Positions 1 through 7,526 of a stretch of DNA of 55,256 nucleotides are shown here, in pieces. The stretch comes from a virus. The notes under the pieces are model-generated. The model searched no databases. It saw nothing but the letters and a program-made list of their open reading frames with translations, and was not told the DNA's origin. The position numbers and the translations under genes are program-made. The DNA is taken from IMG/VR virus record IMGVR_UViG_3300045988_123498. One strand, 5' to 3'. How positions within the stretch are numbered: the stretch's first letter is position 1; each line of letters starts with the position of its first letter.

Positions 1-87
1 ATTATACCAAGAATCATATCTTTCCTCCTACAATATTTATTAGGTATTTATCCCATAATATACGATGTTTTTATCGTCAAAAAAAAG
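1..87. repeat. Terminal direct repeat, left copy (identical to 55170..55256)
   Basis: The first 87 nt (attataccaagaatcat...tatcgtcaaaaaaaag) recur exactly as the last 87 nt. This is the signature of a circular or terminally redundant complete genome. Confidence 0.9.
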
Positions 88-113
88 AACACCCACTGTT
101 TTTCAAGTGGGCG
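46..113 (-). promoter_or_regulatory. Terminator-promoter cassette A (hairpin 90..113; promoter-like block 46..80); continues the copy at 55215..55256
   Basis: Minus strand reads CGCCCACT-tgaaaaac-AGTGGGTG TTCTTTTTTT TGACGATAAAAACATCGTATATTATGGGATAAATACC. GGAGG and the ORF 55121..55186 follow. Confidence 0.6.
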
Positions 114-136
114 CCCAATTATGGGTTTGTTCCTAT

Positions 137-502
137 TTAGTTTTTCTTCATCTCTTTCTTCATCTCTTTCTTACATTTTTTCAATACATCCCTAATGTAA
201 TTCCGTATTATCATACTTTTCCATACATCAAGTCCGTAGACGCTGAAATTGAGGTTTTTCACGCTCCCATTTTTTCCAACTTTCGCGAGTTCGAACATTA
301 CTTTATAGTAATCTCCATCGAAAGTGAATGTGTACCAAGTCGTACACGTTTCATAATCCGAGTGGTGGTCAACCATCTTATAATCTTCAAACGTTGCAAA
401 CGTTTTATCAAAAAAGAGCTTCCAATTCTCTTCAACCTCTTCGGCCTGAGCCCGAAATGCTGCCTTTACGGTTTCATCTTTTTTTGTCAGATAGAGTTTC
501 AT
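137..502 (-). CDS. Small early protein, family A (paralog of 1581..1895)
   Basis: 121-aa ORF with GGAGG upstream and its own cassette promoter and terminator. It shares the core F.(D/E)Y..(V/L)D.HS.Y(E/D)TC.T...F..GGDY..V.FEL.K with 1581..1895. Confidence 0.85.
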   Translation of the reverse strand: MKLYLTKKDETVKAAFRAQAEEVEENWKLFFDKTFATFEDYKMVDHHSDYETCTTWYTFTFDGDYYKVMFELAKVGKNGSVKNLNFSVYGLDVWKSMIIRNYIRDVLKKCKKEMKKEMKKN

Positions 503-530
503 AATAAAAAGTCCTCCAAAAATTCTATTA

Positions 531-598
531 GGATTTTATCCCATAATAGCATATGTTTTTATCGTCAAAAAGAACACTCACTGTTTTTCAAGTGAGTG
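531..598 (-). promoter_or_regulatory. Terminator-promoter cassette B (hairpin 575..598)
   Basis: Minus strand reads CACTCACT-tgaaaaac-AGTGAGTG TTCTTTT TGACGATAAAAACATATGCTATTATGGGATAAAATCC. The stem is a perfect 8 bp followed by a U-tract. Confidence 0.65.
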
Positions 599-620
599 CC
601 TTAGTTTGTTTCAATCCATG

Positions 621-770
621 TTACTTTATAAACCATTTGAATATTTCACAAACGACCAATATTACTGTTAGTGCTATCACCATCAACAGAAGATAGGGCG
701 CATAACTTATTATCATAATACTCCCTATTGCTGCTAATGATAAAAAAATCAACACCAGTATTGTAATCAT
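621..770 (-). CDS. 49-aa hydrophobic peptide (two predicted TM segments)
   Basis: Hand translation gives MITILVLIFLSLAAIGSIMIISYAPYLLLMVIALTVILVVCEIFKWFIK. GGAGGAACAAT precedes the ATG. It lies between cassettes C and B and is below the track length cut-off. Confidence 0.6.
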   Translation of the reverse strand: MITILVLIFLSLAAIGSIMIISYAPYLLLMVIALTVILVVCEIFKWFIK

Positions 771-800
771 ATTGTTCCTCCTAAATGTCAAAAATATTTC

Positions 801-838
801 GGATTTTACTCCATAATATACTATGTTTTTCTAGTCAA
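801..838 (-). promoter_or_regulatory. Cassette C, promoter-like block only
   Basis: Minus strand reads TTGACTAGAAAAACATAGTATATTATGGAGTAAAATCC. No canonical cassette hairpin lies upstream. Confidence 0.45.
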
Positions 839-844
839 AAATAA

Positions 845-1008
845 AAAAGAAAGTGTAAGTCAATATAGATGTGCACCCCCGTTTATATTAATTAGATATA
901 AACAACTCGTGCTGTCCTTACGGTCCCCAACCCTTACAAGTTGAGCATCTTCATTAGTTCATTCATACTTACAATTCTCAATTAGGTTCTTGTACTTACC
1001 TAATCTTT
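845..1008 (-). ncRNA. Candidate non-coding transcript (cassette-driven, no credible ORF)
   Basis: It lies downstream of cassette D. Only a 10-codon ORF without an SD is present. There is a local GC-rich core (911..940) and an 8-bp hairpin (881..903). Confidence 0.25.
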
Positions 1009-1070
1009 CTTTTCATAATATACTGTGTTTTCATCGTCAAAAAGAACACTCACTGTTTTTCAAGTGAGTG
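1009..1070 (-). promoter_or_regulatory. Terminator-promoter cassette D (hairpin 1047..1070), variant promoter
   Basis: The CACTCACT/AGTGAGTG hairpin is perfect. The promoter block is TTGACGATGAAAACACAGTATATTATGAAAAG, so the GGGATAAA element is replaced. Confidence 0.55.
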
Positions 1071-1114
1071 CCCTTTTTGGTTTTTAATCCTTATTCTTAT
1101 TCTTATTCTTATTC

Positions 1115-1447
1115 TTATTCTTCGTCTTCGTCCTCATCATCGTAGTTATCTTCGAACGTAGAAAATAAATCGAAAGGCCGAATCATACCTGTCCAATCAA
1201 GACGACCTTCATCTTCATCATAGTTCTTAAGCTGGAATACAGCTTCCATTCTGATACCTACAATCTTAAACTCAATAAACAATTCACATGTATTACGGTT
1301 AATGTAAGTTTCAAGAAGCTCGAATTCCGCGCAACAGAGCTGTTGAGTAAAAAGGTGTATCCAAGATTTCAGATATTCTTCTGATACCTCTTCAAATTTC
1401 TTCCTCATTTTCTCCAGTTCAATAACTTCCTTTGAATTTGTCTTCAT
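1115..1447 (-). CDS. Small acidic early protein, family B (paralog of 2030..2341)
   Basis: 110 aa with C-terminus DNYDDEDEDEE. About 50 percent identical by eye to 2030..2341 (VELEK.RKKFEEV...YLKSW...TCE...R.EA..QL..YDE..GR.DW). Confidence 0.85.
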   Translation of the reverse strand: MKTNSKEVIELEKMRKKFEEVSEEYLKSWIHLFTQQLCCAEFELLETYINRNTCELFIEFKIVGIRMEAVFQLKNYDEDEGRLDWTGMIRPFDLFSTFEDNYDDEDEDEE

Positions 1448-1474
1448 AACATGAATCCTCCAAATATAAATTAT

Positions 1475-1544
1475 GGGTATTTATCCCATAAAACTGCCTG
1501 TTTTTCTGGTTAAAAAGAACACCCACTGTTTTTTCAAGTGAGTG
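1475..1544 (-). promoter_or_regulatory. Terminator-promoter cassette E (hairpin 1520..1544)
   Basis: Minus strand reads CACTCACT-tgaaaaaac-AGTGGGTG TTCTTTTT AACCAGAAAAACAGGCAGTTTTATGGGATAAATACCC. Confidence 0.6.
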
Positions 1545-1580
1545 TCTTTGTTCGCTAAATCCCAACGTTGTTTCTTTTAG

Positions 1581-1895
1581 TTAATACTTTTCGCTAAAAT
1601 ATTTATACAGAGCTCTTACCATTAACGTATTTGTTCCATTAATCGTTATGAGTTGGTTTCCCGTTCCGTCGTCATCTATTTTCAATAATTCGAACACCAC
1701 CGAAAAATAGTCGCCTCCGAGTTCGAATATCACATAAGTTTCACATGTATCGTAAACTGAATGGACATCCAAAAGACGATATTCTTCAAATTTTTCGAAT
1801 ATCCTATCAAATAAATACTCCATTTTTTTCTCCACGTCTTTGGAATGTAATGCGTATTCCCTCTGTAATTCTTCCGTCTTTATAAGCGTTTTCAT
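1581..1895 (-). CDS. Small early protein, family A (paralog of 137..502)
   Basis: 104-aa ORF with a GGAGG RBS, flanked by cassettes F and E. Confidence 0.85.
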   Translation of the reverse strand: MKTLIKTEELQREYALHSKDVEKKMEYLFDRIFEKFEEYRLLDVHSVYDTCETYVIFELGGDYFSVVFELLKIDDDGTGNQLITINGTNTLMVRALYKYFSEKY

Positions 1896-1919
1896 AGCTT
1901 AAACCTCCAAAAATTATTA

Positions 1920-1989
1920 GGATTTTACTCCATAATACAACCTGTTTCCATCGTCAAAAAAAGAACACCCACTGTTTTTCAAGTGAGTG
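1920..1989 (-). promoter_or_regulatory. Terminator-promoter cassette F (hairpin 1966..1989)
   Basis: Same hairpin plus TTGACGATGGAAACAGGTTGTATTATGGAGTAAAATCC. Confidence 0.6.
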
Positions 1990-2029
1990 TTCTAGTCGGG
2001 TTTAAACCTTATTCTACTTCGTCCTCATC

Positions 2030-2341
2030 TTAGTCTTCATCATCGTCGAACGTAGTAATATAGTCGAGGGTTCGTGTTGCAGATATCCAATCCATCCGTC
2101 CAGACTCCTCATCGTATTGCTGAAGCTGTAATATAGCTTCTGTTCTGACACCCATCCACGTAAACTCAACACATGCCTCGCATGTATCAAATTTTACATA
2201 GGAGTCAAGAATCTTGAATTCTTCTCCAGAGTACATTTGAGTGTACAAGTCCGTCCAAGATTTCAGATATTTATCTGCAACCTCCTCGAATTTCTTCCTT
2301 ACTTTCTCCAATTCAACGATTTCACTGAATTCGTTTTTCAT
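2030..2341 (-). CDS. Small acidic early protein, family B (paralog of 1115..1447)
   Basis: I place the start at the internal ATG 2341 (MKNEFSEIVELEK...), preceded by GGAGGAATTTTT. The track start 2431 would read through cassette G. Confidence 0.8.
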   Translation of the reverse strand: MKNEFSEIVELEKVRKKFEEVADKYLKSWTDLYTQMYSGEEFKILDSYVKFDTCEACVEFTWMGVRTEAILQLQQYDEESGRMDWISATRTLDYITTFDDDED

Positions 2342-2369
2342 AAAAATTCCTCCGATAAAATATAGTTTT

Positions 2370-2438
2370 GGGTATTTATCCCATAATATACCATGTTTTC
2401 GTCGCAAAAAAGAACACCCACTGTTTTTCAAGTGAGTG
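2370..2438 (-). promoter_or_regulatory. Terminator-promoter cassette G (hairpin 2415..2438)
   Basis: Hairpin plus TTGCGACGAAAACATGGTATATTATGGGATAAATACCC. It terminates 2460..2648. Confidence 0.6.
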
Positions 2439-2459
2439 CCCTAGTTTGAGTTTTACTTT

Positions 2460-2648
2460 TTACTTTCTGTCTTTAATGACCTGAACTTTGCTATCAATGT
2501 CATCCAGTTTACACTGTATGTTTGCGATGTCGTTAATGTACGCATCTCTGTTTACGTCGTATACCTTTTTAGATATAAACAACCCTAACAATGCGCCGCC
2601 AATAACACACAAACCTTTTTCGATTATTTTATCAACGATGTTATTCAT
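2460..2648 (-). CDS. 62-aa single-TM protein
   Basis: ORF with a GGAGGATGCT RBS and hydrophobic segment GLCVIGGALLGLFI. It is the first gene served by a cassette promoter (H) after the holin. Confidence 0.75.
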   Translation of the reverse strand: MNNIVDKIIEKGLCVIGGALLGLFISKKVYDVNRDAYINDIANIQCKLDDIDSKVQVIKDRK

Positions 2649-2673
2649 AGCATCCTCCTAAAATATAAAGTAT

Positions 2674-2711
2674 GGATTTTACTCCATAATACACTATGTT
2701 TTTATCGTTTA
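2674..2711 (-). promoter_or_regulatory. Cassette H, promoter-like block only (overlaps holin stop)
   Basis: Minus strand reads TAAACGATAAAAACATAGTGTATTATGGAGTAAAATCC. Confidence 0.45.
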
Positions 2712-2959
2712 GGCTCCTCGTACGTCATCGCTAGGTCTGAATCTGATATACCGTTAGTAGTCGGGTCATTAACAATACCTAAAATTGTTAAAATTATAAA
2801 TACTGTAGAAACTATGTCGAGTAACGAAGACGATATACCGCTAAGGTCTAAATTGAGACCGAATAATTTACATACCTGCGTTACAAGTAAAATAACAGCG
2901 GGTATCATGGTCGTCCAAAATAACTTGTTCTTTAACCTAACTTTAAAATTTAATTTCAT
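2702..2959 (-). CDS. Holin, phage LL-H / phiLC3 family
   Basis: 85 aa. The sequence MKLNFKVRLKNKLFWTTMIPAVILLVTQV...LGIVNDPTTNGISDSDLAMTYEEP matches the characteristic phiLC3-type holin pattern (two TM segments, then IVNDPTT.G..DS..A..Y..P). Confidence 0.85.
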   Translation of the reverse strand: MKLNFKVRLKNKLFWTTMIPAVILLVTQVCKLFGLNLDLSGISSSLLDIVSTVFIILTILGIVNDPTTNGISDSDLAMTYEEPKR

Positions 2960-3222
2960 ATATCTTTCTCCTCAATGAGCTTTTCTATGTTGTTTAATCT
3001 TTTTTCTAAGTTACATATTTTAACAGAACAAACTTCATATGACGTGCGTAAGTTGTATAGTTCAGCAGCAATGTGTTCGTATGATAATGTATTCTGTTCT
3101 ATCTTTTTTTCTATCTGAGTTAATCTATAATTGGTGAGCTTGTTCGCCGTAAGTATACCGCCGAATGTTCCAATTATAGTGCCGATAAATGATAGAATAG
3201 CAACTAAAATTGTATTATCCAT
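2956..3222 (-). CDS. N-terminally membrane-anchored coiled-coil protein (lysis-cassette neighbour)
   Basis: 88 aa with TM segment ILVAILSFIGTIIGTFGGIL followed by a heptad-like region. Its stop overlaps the holin start. Confidence 0.75.
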   Translation of the reverse strand: MDNTILVAILSFIGTIIGTFGGILTANKLTNYRLTQIEKKIEQNTLSYEHIAAELYNLRTSYEVCSVKICNLEKRLNNIEKLIEEKDI

Positions 3223-3225
3223 ATG

Positions 3226-4128
3226 TTATCCTCTCCACACTGTATATGATGTATTTATATAAACACGATTTAATGGCTCAGTAGATTTTGTTCCATCTTG
3301 GTCGTATACACTTGTTATAGTTAATATACCTATTGTTGACAAAGTAGCATAGCACATTCTATCATTGTCACATGGAAATATAAATTCCATATCGTGTTTT
3401 GGTGAAACATTTCTCGGAATAATAGTTAAAATCTGACTGCTTGTTAAACCTTTTGCTCTTTTAACAACCCCATCTAAATAAATCATACTGTTATTTATTT
3501 CACGATAACTTAATTTAGAGGAGTCGTTGTAATTTTCGAAACTAGACTGTAATGTTAATTCAACAAAACCTGTATCTGGTATTTTAGAAATTATCTCTGT
3601 TGCTACGGACTCGGCAAGTTTATCGCTAGTTATACTATTGTTTAATATATTCGAACCTGATATAACTGCTCCGGACGATAAGTTGAACAAAACCACAGCA
3701 GATGATTCTTCTGTCTCGTCAGACATCTTAACGTATCTAGTTATAAAGCCTTTTTTTATCATATAGTCATAAAAAGACTCTAACTTAACATTATTCAAAT
3801 TTTTAAATGCGAACGCTGTTTTAGTAACGTCAGTTATATCAGATAATTCGCCTTTTAATTCTGCTACTGAATTACTTCTAGCCGCAGGAGAAGAAATATC
3901 ATTTACAATTATAGCTCTGTGGTTTGTTATGTTAACTATTACTCTATCACCATCAACAACATCTATGGTTGAAACCACTGGAGTGTATTCAGTTGAACCA
4001 TCTAACTTAACATAAATCTTTCCTTCGTTTATAACGGCGTATCCATAAACAGTAGATGATGTTTTTGGTTTTTCTTTTTTAAACGTAGACGCAAATGTCT
4101 TAACTATGTTCGGCGGCAGCTTATACAT
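3226..4128 (-). CDS. Distal tail / fibre-like structural protein
   Basis: 300-aa ORF at the end of the tail module, translationally coupled to the upstream gene. No specific motif recognised. Confidence 0.7.
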   Translation of the reverse strand: MYKLPPNIVKTFASTFKKEKPKTSSTVYGYAVINEGKIYVKLDGSTEYTPVVSTIDVVDGDRVIVNITNHRAIIVNDISSPAARSNSVAELKGELSDITDVTKTAFAFKNLNNVKLESFYDYMIKKGFITRYVKMSDETEESSAVVLFNLSSGAVISGSNILNNSITSDKLAESVATEIISKIPDTGFVELTLQSSFENYNDSSKLSYREINNSMIYLDGVVKRAKGLTSSQILTIIPRNVSPKHDMEFIFPCDNDRMCYATLSTIGILTITSVYDQDGTKSTEPLNRVYINTSYTVWRG

Positions 4129-5197
4129 GGTACATAGTTCCTTTCCACAAATTAACCGGAAATGCTGCTGTCTCAGAAACTGACATTGATTTACTACAAT
4201 TATAGGTCTGAGACATAACTTTAGCCTTAATGTTATATAATCCAGCCTTTTTGTAATTTAATCTTATAGAATCACCTATGGTTACTGGACAATAACCGTG
4301 AGAATAATTCAGTTTATAAGTTACAGTTGACATCTGTTCAAGCGTTCGTTGAGCATAGTCATCAACTTCGTCTTGAGTTGGATTACCTACTATAACAGGT
4401 TGTGTAACCCTAGCCAGAATTTCACGACCTCTAGACACAGTGGAAGTAGGTGAATCTGGGTCATCATTGACAGCTCTCGAAAAAATATAATTTTTATCAT
4501 CAGAATAAATTACTTCTACCGTGTTAGGTATATCACATAAATCGTATTCCATAGTTATACTAGGAAGAAGTATAGACGAGTTATCATCATTGAATTCCCA
4601 TATAGGTATTGTCTCAGAAAACTTTACATCTTTTTCTAAAAGAATTTCTCCAGAAGGTGAAAGTGCTATATGATGTTCTGCCTGACCTAACAAATCGCTT
4701 ATGAAAGTCAACCAGTCGTCTCCTGAATCAGCAACGAAATCAGTTAAAAGATTTTTGCTAAATGTTTTTCTAACAACTGGTGCTCGGCAATGTTCTGTAA
4801 TTAACGTTATAGCGCTTTCTAATATGTTGGAACCCATTTTTAAATAGTATCCAACAGGCGGTTTTCCATCTTTTAATTCATACAACGGAGAATATGCTTG
4901 AAGATTTTTAGAAAAAACTTTTCCGTCAAACGATAAAGATGGTGTCTGAACCAGACTAGTATTCAAACATATTCTTTCTCTGATTCCATTTTGAACTACA
5001 ATTAAATATGTTCGTATATACTTTTCTCCATCGAATTCATGAGTGTTGAACGTAGCAGAACCAAGAGTCTCTGAAGTCAAATCTCTTTGAAAATCTGAGC
5101 TTATTACACTACTTAAACGGGTTTTATCCTTCCAAGTATTTTCATCAACATAGTAATATTCAAACGATTGGGTCATGGATTTAGTCCAATCTACCAT
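4121..5197 (-). CDS. Tail tip / baseplate hub-like protein (Tal-position)
   Basis: 358-aa ORF, second gene after the tape measure. The call rests on position only. Confidence 0.7.
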   Translation of the reverse strand: MVDWTKSMTQSFEYYYVDENTWKDKTRLSSVISSDFQRDLTSETLGSATFNTHEFDGEKYIRTYLIVVQNGIRERICLNTSLVQTPSLSFDGKVFSKNLQAYSPLYELKDGKPPVGYYLKMGSNILESAITLITEHCRAPVVRKTFSKNLLTDFVADSGDDWLTFISDLLGQAEHHIALSPSGEILLEKDVKFSETIPIWEFNDDNSSILLPSITMEYDLCDIPNTVEVIYSDDKNYIFSRAVNDDPDSPTSTVSRGREILARVTQPVIVGNPTQDEVDDYAQRTLEQMSTVTYKLNYSHGYCPVTIGDSIRLNYKKAGLYNIKAKVMSQTYNCSKSMSVSETAAFPVNLWKGTMYHV

Positions 5198-5199
5198 AA

Positions 5200-7524
5200 T
5201 TACATTCCTCCCTCAACTCTGGTTATATCTAGTGTTACAGGAACTGTTACTGCGAGATGTGTTAAAGAGAACGTTACATTTATGTTAGCCCAATAACCTA
5301 CACCAGACGGTTCTCTAACATAAACATCCCCACAGTATAGATTAAGACGTTGTAATTGATACAATGTCTCTTTATCGTATTTAGGAACTTCTACTTTCCA
5401 TGAACCAGTTTGCTTTTTTAGCACACCGTAATACGACACTGGGTTTTCTCTACCTGCGTACTCCACTAATGTGACGTCTTTAGCTATTTTATTGTCTACA
5501 TCTATGTTATAGGGAAGTTTTAATAGAGAACCATTCCAACCATTACTTTCTTTAACTCTATCGTTACTATCTATATCATACGGGACATAATTTTCATCCC
5601 ACTGAATAATTATAGCCTTCTCACCGAATTCAATACCCGGAACGTCGTAATAATTCATTTCTCCGGTTGTAGAAGATTTAGCAACGATTCTATATCTAGC
5701 CGAATCCAATGCTGGATGAGGGTCTGTTGCATATATGTATCTATTACCGTCTGTCTCTTGCTCAATGTTTTCCATAATTGTTGTGAATCGTCCATCGTTC
5801 TCTCGTCTATAAACAGATAAATACATTTTTACCGGTTTAAACCCAGTATCAAATATACAATAAGGACGTATATACGCCTGATATGTGTCTCTGTTTATAG
5901 CGATTTCAGCATTAGGTTCTGGTACAGTTTGAGACCATGCGACAGTAAAGGTATATTGACCCCATCCTACTAGACCGCTGTCCATAGTGACATGTAAGTC
6001 TAACGTATATTCGCCATTATTATCTAATTTGACGTCTTTAGGAGTTAATGTTTTATTAAAATTCGTGTCAATGTCGAAATGCTCAGAATATAAAACAGTA
6101 CCTTTAGTAACTACTATGTCATTACCGTATGAATCTTGGCTATCAAAATTGTTGTTAGCCGTTATTTCTAATAAGTATGTAATAGGCTTTTGGTTGGCAG
6201 CAACGTATATACCAGTTACTGTTAATGGATATGAAACTACAGTGTCTACCACTTCGTTTCCAGTTCCATCGGTTAGGTGCATTTCTAACGATGGAGATAT
6301 ATACACGTTAATAGTCTTTTCTTCTGAGAATTCGCTGTAGTCATCTAACGCGCCTTTTGTCTTAACTCTCCAAGTTATAACAGCGCCGTCTTTGAAAAAC
6401 TCAGGTAAATCAGCACTTTTTAACGTATACGACGTCGTCTCTCCGGTTACATTTATTTCTTTTGGTCTCGCATTAGGTGAGGATAACAATATCGTTGCCG
6501 CAGTTTGTTTCGAATTATCTTCCGCATTATGTAACCAATATAGTACTACTGTATCAACAACTGAAGCGGTAGTTGTTGACGACCATGTGGTAGGAGGATT
6601 AGGTTTTTTTCCTAAAGATACTCGTCCGTACGATACCGACCAAGGCGAATTACCTGCCGAGTTAACAGCTCTTACTCGGAAGACGTATACTTTTCCTGTT
6701 TGTAACCCAGTTTTTTCAAAACTATTATACAATATACCGGTTATGCTAGTAGCGGTATCCTGATAAAAGAAATCAGAAACTTTTTCAGCATATTGAAGTT
6801 CGTATGAAGTAGCAGTTGGAGACTCACTCCAAGAAATATAAATTGATGTTAGAGAAGTAGCTCTACATTCAGTTATTTCTCCGGGAACTGGTGGAGGAGT
6901 TAAAGTCGCGGATGAATATGCACTCCATTCCGATATATTATCCGTTGTAGTTCTAGCTCTAGCCTTTACTCTATACGTTTTACCGGGTTGAAGAGTCACG
7001 ACATAGCTTACCGCGTTTGTTATTGGTATGTCAAGCCAGCTACTTCGCTGTAACGTATTACTTCCATCGACCGCCACCGCAAACTGGATTTGAGAACCTT
7101 TTGGATATGTCAATCCTTCCAAAGACATAGTTAAGTTATATAGTTCGTCGAGTTCTACTTGAGGAGTAGAAGGCGCTGAAGGTGGCGCCTCCTCTTCAAC
7201 AACAAAATAAACCCAACTACTATATTCAGATGTCCAATAACTATGTTCGTTATTATTAGAATCTTGATACGTTTCAGATATAGCTTTTACCTTAAAACGT
7301 ATCTTTTTTGCATTACTTGGAATACCCCAAGTCTCTTGTTTGGTAGACGGACTTCCTTCCTGACCGTCGAACCATCCCTGAGAGCCAGTTGTCAAGGTAT
7401 CTACTTTGTATTGCCATTTGGTTTTATAGTTTGCAGTATGGGTTTTATCCCATGTCCATTTGGCGAATAATGTATTTGTAGTACCTGTTTGGACTTCGAA
7501 TTTAGTTACAATTGGTGATGCCAT
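5200..7524 (-). CDS. Tail protein with fibronectin type III repeats and a Dit-like C-terminal region
   Basis: 774 aa directly after the tape measure. It has FN3-like units (e.g. PPPVPGEITECRATSLTSIYISWSESPTATSYELQY...FRVRAVNSAGNSPWS). The C-terminal ~250 aa resemble siphovirus distal tail proteins. Confidence 0.8.
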   Translation of the reverse strand: MASPIVTKFEVQTGTTNTLFAKWTWDKTHTANYKTKWQYKVDTLTTGSQGWFDGQEGSPSTKQETWGIPSNAKKIRFKVKAISETYQDSNNNEHSYWTSEYSSWVYFVVEEEAPPSAPSTPQVELDELYNLTMSLEGLTYPKGSQIQFAVAVDGSNTLQRSSWLDIPITNAVSYVVTLQPGKTYRVKARARTTTDNISEWSAYSSATLTPPPVPGEITECRATSLTSIYISWSESPTATSYELQYAEKVSDFFYQDTATSITGILYNSFEKTGLQTGKVYVFRVRAVNSAGNSPWSVSYGRVSLGKKPNPPTTWSSTTTASVVDTVVLYWLHNAEDNSKQTAATILLSSPNARPKEINVTGETTSYTLKSADLPEFFKDGAVITWRVKTKGALDDYSEFSEEKTINVYISPSLEMHLTDGTGNEVVDTVVSYPLTVTGIYVAANQKPITYLLEITANNNFDSQDSYGNDIVVTKGTVLYSEHFDIDTNFNKTLTPKDVKLDNNGEYTLDLHVTMDSGLVGWGQYTFTVAWSQTVPEPNAEIAINRDTYQAYIRPYCIFDTGFKPVKMYLSVYRRENDGRFTTIMENIEQETDGNRYIYATDPHPALDSARYRIVAKSSTTGEMNYYDVPGIEFGEKAIIIQWDENYVPYDIDSNDRVKESNGWNGSLLKLPYNIDVDNKIAKDVTLVEYAGRENPVSYYGVLKKQTGSWKVEVPKYDKETLYQLQRLNLYCGDVYVREPSGVGYWANINVTFSLTHLAVTVPVTLDITRVEGGM

Positions 7525-7526
7525 TT

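Noticed and set aside
46-82. The cassette promoter could be read as an ordinary TTGACG-N17-TATAAT housekeeping promoter.
   Set aside because: Direct counting gives 14 nt between TTGACG and TATTAT. The hexamer at 17-nt spacing is TATGGG. I therefore list it only as promoter-like and leave the polymerase or sigma open.
65-595. Several track ORFs read through cassettes: the plus-strand 176-aa ORF 65..595, the 64-aa ORF 2241..2435, and the N-terminal extensions of 2030..2431, 53706..54080 and 54125..54391.
   Set aside because: These frames read through the conserved terminator-promoter cassettes and give recurring pseudo-peptides such as HPLFFK or ...YGINTK.... The internal ATGs with GGAGG sites immediately downstream of each cassette are the credible starts.
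1-2712. The regularly recurring ~65-bp repeats could be a CRISPR array or a MITE family.
   Set aside because: Spacing is irregular (150-450 bp) and the intervals are SD-led genes. The repeat has terminator (hairpin plus U-tract) and promoter-like anatomy in a fixed orientation relative to the genes. No cas genes or target-site duplications were seen.
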